Part shown: one piece after another, positions 54,290-64,000 of the stretch
Layout of the letters: the number at the start of each line of letters is the position of its first letter
Position numbering within the stretch: the first letter of the stretch is position 1
Source of the DNA: Octopus sinensis
Lineage: Eukaryota
Direction: 5' to 3'
Assembly: GCF_006345805.1 (NCBI RefSeq)
Contig: NC_042997.1
Location: forward strand, 133,548,001-133,612,000
Length of the DNA stretch: 64,000 nucleotides
Position numbers and translations under genes: made by a program
Notes under the pieces: model-generated
Seen by the model: the letters and a program-made list of their open reading frames with translations, nothing else
Told to the model about the DNA's origin: nothing
The model's database searches: none

Positions 54290-54675
54290 GCACTGGGTAA
54301 GTACCTTGCTTGCCAACCACATGGTTCTGAGTTCAGTCCCACTGCGTGACACTTTGGCAAGTAGCTTCTACAAAGCCTTGTGAGTGGATTTGGTAGACGG
54401 AAACTGAAACATGCCCGTCATACATGTATGTGTGTGCGTGCGTGTATGTGTGTGTGTGTGTATGTTTGGTGCGTGTATGTGCTGGTCTCCCCAACATCGC
54501 TTGACAACCGATGCTAGTGTGTTTAAGTCCCCGTAACTTGGCGGTTCGGCATAACAGATCGATAGAATATGTGGTAAGCTTACAAAGAATAAGTCCTGTG
54601 GTCGATTTGCTCAACTAAAGGTGGTGCTCCAGATTGGCCACCGTCAAATGACTGAAACAAATAAAAGAATAAAAA
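54290..54675 (+). mobile_element. SINE D (further copies 32410-32760, 56370-56505 and 59185-59550 on minus; tails at 12000-12150, 48790-49010, 50175-50340)
   Basis: ttgccaaccacatggttctgagttcagtcccactgcg..ggatttggtagacggaaactgaa..gactgaaacaaataaaagaataaaa. Confidence 0.8.
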
Positions 54676-55106
54676 AGAACACATGCACAATTCACACGTA
54701 AAAACATGTGTCAATGTTATCTAGCCTGACTTCTCCAACGTCAGTGGTTATTTCTTTGCATGTGTGTGAGTCTAATGATTGTGTGTGAGTGTATTTCTAC
54801 GAGGACTTGTGCACGTACATGAGAAACAAGCAGATAGAAAGAGAGAAAGGGAGACAGAGAGAAAGGCAAAGAAATTCTGAGTGAGAGAGAGAGGAATGAG
54901 AGAGAGGGCGATAGCGAGAGCGAGAGTGAGAGAGAGAATGTGTGTGTGTGTGTAAGTATATCTTAGTCTGTGCGTGCGAACGCGCGTTCTGAAGCACAAA
55001 CATTAATTTCCTTTGACGCGAAACTAACTCACTTTACTTCGCTAGCAATGAAGAGTAATTAGTAACATACTGGCTGACATTGGTGACTCCCTTCACACCC
55101 TGGCTG

Positions 55107-55120
55107 GTTGCCATAGAAAC
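55107..55120 (+). promoter_or_regulatory. RFX X-box-like motif GTTGCCATAGAAAC
   Basis: Matches the GTHNYY-AT-RRNAAC consensus in non-repetitive sequence; a single motif only. Confidence 0.3.
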
Positions 55121-55857
55121 TAAATGTTATATAAGATAAGCAAAGAAAAAAAGAGCGCTGACTTTTATCTTTGTTAGTATGGAAGAAATAGAATGAGTTT
55201 TCGTGTTCTTACTTTTTCATCACCTTCTTCTACCTCTCTGCTTTCAGGAGTCTATCTCTCATCTTTATTGTTATTATTTTTCGCAGAATCAGCAGTGTCA
55301 TTTGTAATATTACTCACATGATCTATATGTAGCTCTTGAATTCTTTGCAAGAATTCGAGCCAAGCTTCCAAACTCAGAATAATATCCTTCTTTCTTCTCC
55401 CCAGTCACGGAGGCCGTTGAAGTATCATGGCGACTGCCCATCGTCTCTGACAAAGTTATTAAAAACTAAGACCGTTGAGTTTACTCTGTAGCCACATGGT
55501 GTCAGATCTGATCGAGCAAAGAGCTACGAGTAATCAATGGTCAACATACGTAGCTATGGTCGGTCCACATTTTTCTTCTCTGGGCATACCACACTTCCGC
55601 CTGCAAGAGAAGCATAATTCACACTCCAGTGTGAAACTGTCACTCGACTTGCTAAAAAATAACCACCTAAATCAAAGTTCACCTTACTGTCTTAAAAACA
55701 AATATTGACAGAAATGCTGAACTCATCTTTCATCCTTAAACATTTAAGAGCAAACGTCTTATTGCCATTAGCATTTTCGACTGGTTTTAATACAGTTCTT
55801 TTTTTATAAGAGACGACTAACAAGAAGGTACATGCATGTTTCATCTACCTGACATCA

Positions 55858-56090
55858 TTAGTTTTAGTTTTAGTTTTAAAATTGGATGCTCTTGTCTCAG
55901 TATCAGGAGTCGATCCAGGTGTGACGTACCTATACCATATTAGCATTGAACCAATCTATTGTACCCCTCATTTCCAGAACCTGGCTCTTCCTCCTCATTT
56001 TTTTCCTCACTTTAGTGAAAGAGATATGCTCCTGACTATTCAAGAGTACTACCAAATTTTGATTCCCATTTAAACCTCCTTCACTCTTAT
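55858..56090 (-). mobile_element. Probable CR1/L2-type 3' end with (aaaact)n tail
   Basis: Minus strand ends gagacaagagcatccaattttaaaactaaaactaaaact. Confidence 0.4.
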
Positions 56091-56288
56091 TTACTCTGAA
56101 AATATCCGTAGGAAAGACATACAGATATATAACATATCTTATCCCGGCTTAAAAACAAAATGCTGCTTATATCTAAACAAAAGAATTTGGGGGCTGGCTC
56201 TCCCTTGGTTACAACAACGAGTGCTCCTGTTGATCCGATCAACGGAACAGCTTGCTCGTGGAAGTGGCTGAGATATATATATATATAT

Positions 56289-56367
<79 letters not shown>

Positions 56368-56512
56368 GACGGGCATCTTTCAGTTCTGTCTACCAAATTA
56401 ACTCACAAGGCTTGGGTCAGCCTGTAGAAAACACTTGCCCAAGGTGCCACGCAGTGGGACTGAACTCAGAACCATATGGTTGGCAAGCAAACTACTTACC
56501 CTGTGCCTATAT

Positions 56513-56555
<43 letters not shown>

Positions 56556-57222
56556 GTATGTAGGTAGGTAGGTAGGTAGGTAGGTAGGCAGGAAGGCAGG
56601 CAGATAGGTAGGTAGGTAGGTAGGTAGGTAGGTAGGTAGGTAGGTAAGTAGGTAGCTAGGTAGGTATACAAGGAGCACTCCGTCGGTCAACGGAATAGCT
56701 TGCTCGTGAAATTAACGTGCAAGTGGCTGAACGCTCCACAAACACGTGTATGCCTGACGTTGTTCTCAGGGAGATTCAGCGTAACAAAAAATGTGACAAG
56801 GTTGGCCCTTTGAATTACAGGTACAACGCATTTTTGCCAGTTAAGTGGACTGGAGCAACATGAAATAGAGTCTTCCTGAAGGACACAACACGCCGCCGGA
56901 AATCGAACTCATGACCTTAAGATCTCGAACCAAATACACTATTCATTAAGCCACACGCTTTCTCACCTAATCATGTAGGAAGGCTTCATGTCCATTTATT
57001 ACCTGAACAGTATTTCGGTTGATTACAATGGAAAGTTGCATCTACTGCGAGAGTTTCTTTTTGCAATTTAGTGAAAAGAGACAGCCACAAGAATTAAACA
57101 GCTCTCACGACTGTTAGCGACGGGAAGCGAACTACTAAGCTTTGTGTTGAGGTCAATTCTTTGGCAGAGATTTACATACATAAACACCTACTTATTAATA
57201 AAATTTTACATATACTGAATGG

Positions 57223-57500
57223 AAGCACATGGCCTAGTGGTTAGAGCAGCGGGCTCGCGGTCGGGGGATCGCGGGTTCGACTCGCAGACCGGGCGATGTG
57301 TGTGTTTATGAGCGAAACACCTAATCTCCACGCGGCTCCGGCAAAAGATAACGTCGAACTTCTGCTGACTCTTTCACCACAACTTTCTCTCACTCTTTCC
57401 TCCTACATCTTGCGGCGTCCCGTCCAGGTGGGGAACCTATACGCCAAGGAAACCGGGAAACCTGCCCTTATGAGCCAGGCGTGGCTCGAGAAGGAACAAA
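57223..57500 (+). mobile_element. SINE B-type head with alternative tail R and (aaca)n end
   Basis: tggcctagtggttagagcagcgggctcgcgg..ctctttcaccacaactttctctcactctttcct then acatcttgcggcg..ggggaacctatacgcc..aacaaacaaaacaa. Confidence 0.75.
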
Positions 57501-57659
57501 CAAAACAAAACATATACTTTTTATCTTTCGTGTATTCAAACACTCATCTATACTGATGCAAAAATAATTGCGAGCTTTAACAATCCAATTAAATCAAACA
57601 TCTCAGCTTAACATAAATTGTATAAATTGAGACGATTCTAGATAGTTTTGCTACAATAA

Positions 57660-58830
57660 ACACATTTATTTATTCCAGAAGCTTAGTATACTGGATTCTT
57701 GGAACCAGTGAATTCTACGAAGGTGTTATATGCTGCTAATTTCACAGGAATTTATCGAGATGCTTGAAAAATTATTTGTCAGTCGGAGAGAGGTGTGGAG
57801 AAGAAACTTGGAGAGATAGAATTTCACAGCCCACCTATTTCAGTCGGTTTCTTTCTAGACATTTTCCAGACACGTTATCTGGTGTTGTCAAAAAGGAGAG
57901 TTGGTTCTCTTTCATTTACATGTGCTCGATGCAAATGCTACAGTTCTTGGAGGCATTTTGTTGATTCCCTGGCTTCAAGAAATGGTAGTGGTTGTTGCCT
58001 ATAATTGACCAGAAAACAATAGACATAACCTTCCTTTGTTTAAATCTCGGTTTGGAACATCATCAGTCGTTTTATAGAATCAGTATTTGGTCACATGTTA
58101 TACAATGATCAAGAAATACACAATTTCCTTGCGCAAAAGGCGTTCAGCTCGAGTGATATCCAAGTGTCAAGGGTTTGCCCCATCCCAGTTTCTGTGTGAT
58201 GTAAATGTGTCCAACAATGATAGAATCATCACGTATAGTTCTGAAGCCTCCTGGGTTAGTTTGCATACTTCAATCTCTCTATATATAAAGCTGAAGTTGT
58301 CTGTGTATGGCATGTTTGGTAGCCTTCAACTAACACTATCTCCTCCGAGACCCTGCGGCGCAAGTTGACCAAAATTGAGTGTATGATAGAAGAAGGCTTG
58401 CTCTTCATTCCATAGAAGAAAAAATTCAAATCGGACCATGTTAACACCAAAAATTATTTACACCAAAAAGGTGCTTTTTTTCTATGAAAATCCCTATTTT
58501 TTACGATTTTTTTACTGTTGTGTCGCCATTTTTCGCTGTATATCACCCAGAAAAATGTTCACTTAAAGAGAATAACAATCTACATAATGCAAAATTTTTA
58601 CTTTTCAAAATTCCAATTCTAAAGGGTCGAAAAGAAAACAAACCCGAGCAACGCCGGGCGATACTGCTAGTAATTAATAACTTAGAAAAAGCCGTCAATA
58701 ATGGGCTTCAATAATGCAGTCCGCTTCAATAATGGATTTGTTGTTATTAGGAGTAGAAGGTTCGTGGTTTCACTATAAAATGTTTGCAACCAATAATGTA
58801 CAATACCGTCTCTTAGACAAACTGCATGGT
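57660..58830 (-). mobile_element. Highly decayed mariner transposase split by a Helitron
   Basis: HYWLQTFYSETTNL (HTH region, 58760-58800), FLDHCITCDQILIL (D1 region), RKVMSIVFWSIIGNNHYHFLKPG, SPHLSPTDK*FFKHLDKFL. Confidence 0.7.
58274..58670 (+). mobile_element. Non-autonomous Helitron (family 1 termini)
   Basis: A|TCtctctatatataaag ... cccgagcaacgccggg-cgatactgCTAG|T. Confidence 0.88.
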
Positions 58831-59030
58831 TGATATAGCGAGCGATTCCGATAAGCTCTGTTATATTTTGAACTCATACAATAGAAATCACACGAATTTA
58901 CGTTTTACCATCAAGCTTAAAACGAACGAGAATAGAATAAACATTGTAAAAAACCATTACCATAAATCAACAGACTGGAATCTGCACTTCAAAACGATGT
59001 ATTACATGAAGAGGATGAAATTAAAGTTTA
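58830..59030 (+). mobile_element. Penelope-like reverse transcriptase remnant
   Basis: KLCYILNSYNRNHTNLRFTIKL..YHKSTDWNLHF resembles the PLE RT N.h..i.FT and YrKpT..yLhf blocks. Confidence 0.45.
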
Positions 59031-59067
59031 TTTCAGGATATACACTGAAGTTTCAAATAACAAAAAA

Positions 59068-59168
<101 letters not shown>

Positions 59169-60854
59169 ATTATACAAATATATATATTCTTTTATTCTTT
59201 TACTTGTTTCAGTCATTTGACTGCGGCCATGCTGGAGCATCGCCTTTAGTCGAACAAATCAACCCCAGGACTTATTCTTTGTAAGCCTAGTATTTATTCT
59301 ATCGGCCTTATTTGCCGAACCGCTAATGTTATAGGAATGTAAACACATCAATATCGGTTGTCAAACGATGGTGGAGGGACAAACACACACACACACACAC
59401 ATATACATATGTATGTATGTATGTATGAATACGACGGACTTCTTTCAGTTTCCGTCTACCAAATCCACTCAAAGGCTTTGGTCGGCTCGAGGCTATAGTA
59501 GAGGACACCTGTCCAAGGTGTCACGCGGTGGGGCTGAACCTGGAACCATATATAAATATATGTATAGTTCTTTGGGGGAATATTTCGAAGAGCATGCATA
59601 AAACTATAAATAGTAGTATGTAAATATAGAATTAAAAAATCTTTGGAATACAAAATGTCGATGTCTGCTCGTGGGACACGATGCCACATCTCCTGTAGAC
59701 ACACACACATACGCGAGCGCGCGTGTGTATGTAATTAAATGTATTGATTCTGAACAGCCATATGTATTTAAGTAAGGCGTTTGTAAAAACAATAAATATA
59801 CGTTTAAAGTCTAGGTCGGAGAGAAAGAGGAAAACGAACTGGAATATATATAAGTATAAAGGCAAGGCAAGAGTTGAAACTAAATCTTCTTATTAACGCT
59901 TTGTTGTAATCACTACTTAACTACATATCTTTAACAGTGTCCATCTGTTACTAAAGACTTTTTAAATCTACACAACACATTTTTAAGTGATCGTATTAAT
60001 TCCTAGCACGTGCCGTCCATGAATATGTTGCTTGTGATTTTTTCGTTTCAGCTCTCTTTGATCGCAGGAGCATTGGAAATATAAAAGAATCTATTTGCCA
60101 ATCCAACATCACAGACGAATCATCAAATTCAGTATGCGATGAGAAAACTGCCTATAATAATAATTGCAAACTTCTTATTAAAGTAGTTCAAGAAGTACTA
60201 TTTTCTTGCTATGATATAAAATATCATAAAAACCAATAATATCATTTTCTGGTCATCCTTTTACAGTGTCTTAAGAACAAAGAGAATATCAGTTTATAGT
60301 CTGTGAACTTTCTCATCATCGATCACTTGTTGAAAAAGAATTGACGTTAAATGTCTCCTGAGAACTGGTGTTTTGCATCAGGTTCTTGGTGTGGAGCCGT
60401 TAAGATATAAAACTATTCCTTGTTATAAAGCAAATTAATCCCACGCGATTCGGTGCCTGTTTTTCAAACTGTATAGTAAGCTGAGATGAAGAGGAATAGA
60501 TAGTTTCTATCAGAAATTCAACTAAATGCTGGCAATAGATTTGAACTGAAGCCTTGACCAGTAACTTTCCCAAAATCTTATCCACTCGATCATTTTATTT
60601 TTGCAGATGATTCTAGTATGGTGGAAAGTAAATTGTACAAATCAGCCAAATGCCCTCATTTTCAATGAAATGAAGTCAGACATGCTACACTGACCAACAT
60701 ACAGTAAACGAAAATCATGTCCAACAGCAAATAGATTGACAGAAAGAAGTGATATATATTCGCATCAATATGCAATAAGGTAATAATAAGAAGATACCCA
60801 AATATTATAGACTGAACACTGACGGATATGATTTTCTTTTTTTTCACTTCACAG

Positions 60855-60907
60855 GCCCACTTGACCGCTGTGATAGATACCATTCATGATCCTCTTGAAT
60901 TTTTTAA
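60855..60907 (+). CDS. Candidate 53-nt internal coding exon of an unidentified host gene (AHLTAVIDTIHDPLEFF)
   Basis: Strong acceptor gattttcttttttttcacttcacag, consensus donor AA|gtgagt, one open frame, non-repetitive context; no homolog recognised. Confidence 0.35.
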
Positions 60908-61075
60908 GTGAGTAGCTGCGGGTAAAACGAGCAGAATGAGAATTCAGCTGGAAGGAGGTTTTCTTATTGGTCACACAGCTACTGATGATCTTTAGTATAC
61001 GTACTTGAAACCATGGTACAGATTTAACTAAACAGTTACAAACATACACACTTTGTATGTATGTATGTATGTATG

Positions 61076-61139
<64 letters not shown>

Positions 61140-63044
61140 AATGGAACAAAAACGCAATAGAGGACAATAATACATTCGGACAGATAGAGGATACAAAGGT
61201 GGACAGAATAAGCAACAATTAGGACAGGCAAAAAAAGACGGGTCATTCGTGGCCTTCTTTCTTCAGTTAAGTTACTAGAAGTCCTTACTGTTTCGGGCAG
61301 TTACATTTGAGACACTTCGATCTGGTTGCCTCCAAACAATCTAAGCTAAGAGCATTAGATTTTTTTGTAAGATTTTTTATAGCGAATGTGTACGGCAACA
61401 AAGACAAAAAACGGAGAACATGGTGCACAATTACAAATACAAACAACAAGAATAGTATATATGCATGTGTGTATGTGTGTATGTATGTATACCTATAATA
61501 AATACATATATACATATACATATAATATATATAGAGAGAGAGAAAGAGAGAGCGAGATAGCTAGCTAGCTAGCTGGATAGATAGATAGATAGATAGATAG
61601 ATACATACATACATACATACATACATACATACATACATACATACAAACATACATACATACATACATACATACATACGTAGGTATGTAGGTAGATACGTAT
61701 GTATGTAGGTAGGTAGGTAGGTAGGTAGGTAGGTAGGTAGGTAGGCAATTACATATAATTTTGATTTCGTGATTTCGTGAATGCCATAGAAATTCAAAAT
61801 GTAATTGGATAATCGAGATTAGACCAAGCAACCAATTTGAATTACGAGGAAACAGCCATTTGAAAACAAAAGTTCAAGCGTTCGTAATTCAATTTAAGAA
61901 AATATTGCACATATGTCTGTGTATTTCAAATAATCTTTGTCAGTAAAAATATATGCCGCAAGGGAACTGTAATACCAAATGGGGGATAACTGTTTCAAGC
62001 ATCTTCTTAGACTAAGTAAATGATATCGATTTTTAATATAGGTACAAGGCCACAGGATTTGGAGGGAGAAAAGTAAGCGATTATTAAATCAACTGCAGTA
62101 CTCAGTTGGTATTTAATTTATCCATCCCGGTAAACTGAAATGCAAAGTCGACCTCGATAGGAAATTGAGTCCAGAAGGTAGAGGCGGGTAAATTACTTAC
62201 CGCATGGTGTTTAGTTTGTTTCTAGCATATTAACCGCATCGTTTAAAAGAAAAAAAATCAAAACAAAAACATGGTGTGAAGGAGGAGAGAGATAAGAGAG
62301 AAGAAGAAGAAGTGGAGAGAGAATAGAAGAGAGAGAAAATAAGAGAAAGAGAGGAATATTAATACATGATGATATTTTTATCAAAGCTATATAAAGAAAG
62401 TCCGTTGAAAACACATATATTGTACCGACCCACAAAAACGGCCAGTTAGTGTAGCCGAGTTAAACTAAACATTTTCTTCTTGACTTTATGGATAAGATAA
62501 ATATTATTCGTTATAACTTGCACCTTATGGCAGTCTGTGTATAAAATAAGATTCCAAGCATTCACTAGTCATACCATTTGTTTTTTAAAAATATAATCTT
62601 AAAACGTCATAATGAATTCCAATCTCCACTCCCAGCGATCTATTTATCTGCACGAACGTACACAAATACAACATAAAAACACATACGTAAACACACATGC
62701 ATACATATTTGTGTGGATGTGCGTGTGTGTGTGTGTGTGCATTTATTGATACAGACAACTACTTGTCTCCCAGGAATCTTTAAGTTTACCATGTGTGTAT
62801 GTGTGTACATGCATATGTATTAGTGTGTGTGTGTCTGTAACCTCTTTTTACCATTATTCTGTCAGTATGCTTATCAATCTATTGAGTACTAATACTATCA
62901 ATCTGCAGATATTTATACATGTATGTATGTATGTATGTATGTATGTATGTTTGTATGTATGTATGTATATGTGGCTGGCATTCCTTCTGCCAGTGTATAT
63001 AAACTTACTTAAATGATAAAAGTAAATAACACTATGTATATATA

Positions 63045-63108
<64 letters not shown>

Positions 63109-63166
63109 CGTTTTTGTATTTGGTTTGCAAGAGTCTTTATGTGAGTTCGTGTGTTGAAGTATATTC

Positions 63167-63333
63167 TGTTGTGTCTGGGGCGAGTCATTCTCTTTTAGTG
63201 CCTTATAATTTAACACACTCACGGTAAAATTTCCACTTTATTTTAGAAAAAAAACAAAACAAGTGGAAATATTACCGGTGAGTGTGTTAAATTATAAGGC
63301 ACTAAAAGAGAATGATTCTCCCCAGACACAACA
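63167..63333. repeat. Palindrome with ~72-bp arms and a 22-bp A/T loop, TA-flanked, probably PLE-derived
   Basis: tgttgtgtctgggg.gagtcattctcttttagtgccttataatttaacacactcac.ggtaa.atttccactt and its reverse complement. Confidence 0.9.
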
Positions 63334-63378
63334 CTATATATATAAATTACATAATAGATATATAGAAAATATATATAT

Positions 63379-64000
63379 TGTTACGGTTGGCTAGGTGCAT
63401 TTCTGGTGACCCACATAGGAATAATGGCACCATGATGTCTGGTGAAATGTGACGGGTTCTTTGTCTAATGGAGGACTGATGGGTTTTGGAATGACCTGTG
63501 ACCTCGTGTGGTTGATAAGAGGGTCAGTGAGAATGTGAAAGAGGAAGACAGATTAAGGGAATCTAAGAGCAGATGGAGAGGCTAAGAGACAGCAGGCGAT
63601 ATAGATAGGGTATAAGGACCAGGGCAGTTAGAAAGGGTAAGAGCGATATAGACAGAGGGAGATGAGGGGAGTGGAAGAAGGACAGAGACGAAGTGAGGTC
63701 TGGTAGTTCGCAGTTGGTCGTCAAGAAGGGCAGTCGTTGAGCGGTCGTCGAAAAACACAGACGGATCTTGCAGTCGCTGGCCGGTCCTCGAGGAAGACAG
63801 ACGGACCTTGGATTTAAGGAGCAGGCGTTGGAATTCTTAGGAGCAAGTTGGATGCGAGAAAGCTTGGCGGCACGGAAGGGAATTGGCAGTATTCAGAGGA
63901 ATTAGCAGTATTGAGAGGAATGGGACACTGGCAGATTCAATTAGGAATTGAGGTATGTGTTTGTGCATTGATATGTGTCACGGTGTATTGAACAGTGAAA
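63379..64000 (+). mobile_element. Probable LTR of a Gypsy-like retrotransposon, truncated by the window end
   Basis: Abrupt switch from (TA)n to GC-richer, purine-rich non-coding sequence starting TGTTACGG; candidate TATA ggtataagg; the other end is not visible. Confidence 0.5.

Noticed and set aside
55690-55800. Minus-strand peptide VLKPVENANGNKTFALKCL resembling a kinase subdomain II
   Set aside because: No glycine-rich loop before it, a stop soon after, and no other kinase motifs; likely chance.
61240-61310. GAAACAGTA...CTGAAGA on the minus strand in family E (similar CTGA-GA motifs in family F)
   Set aside because: Could not build stems I and II around the motifs; not called as ribozymes.

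Overview
This is eukaryotic, very AT-rich, repeat-saturated DNA: dense (TA)n, (TG)n, (TATG)n, (GATA)n and (ATT)n microsatellites plus tRNA-derived SINEs. The SINE types and microsatellite load resemble an octopus/cephalopod genome (inference, no search run). No complete protein-coding gene, true tRNA/rRNA gene or CRISPR array can be supported, and almost all ORFs in the track are microsatellite artefacts. The window looks like intron or intergenic DNA. It holds decayed mariner transposons, non-autonomous Helitrons, LINE remnants (R4/Dong-like RLE, RTE, CR1/L2, Tx1/L1), Penelope-like (PLE) remnants, several modular SINE families and a probable LTR running off the right end. The most notable structures are: (i) a hammerhead ribozyme with an intact core at 5844-5929(-), plus two more in the arms of a ~480-bp palindrome at 15217-15695; (ii) three copies of a Tx1-like LINE 3' end, all inserted in (GATA)n; (iii) an (ATT)n hotspot with R4-like LINE ends and three 5'-truncated copies of an ORF-less retroposed element; (iv) a near-identical 1.46-kb inverted duplication (37325-42027) and several TA-associated fold-backs; (v) head/body/tail shuffling among SINEs; (vi) a few weak host-exon candidates. 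Coordinates of decayed elements were read by eye and are approximate (about +/-10-30 bp) unless a TSD or terminus fixes them.
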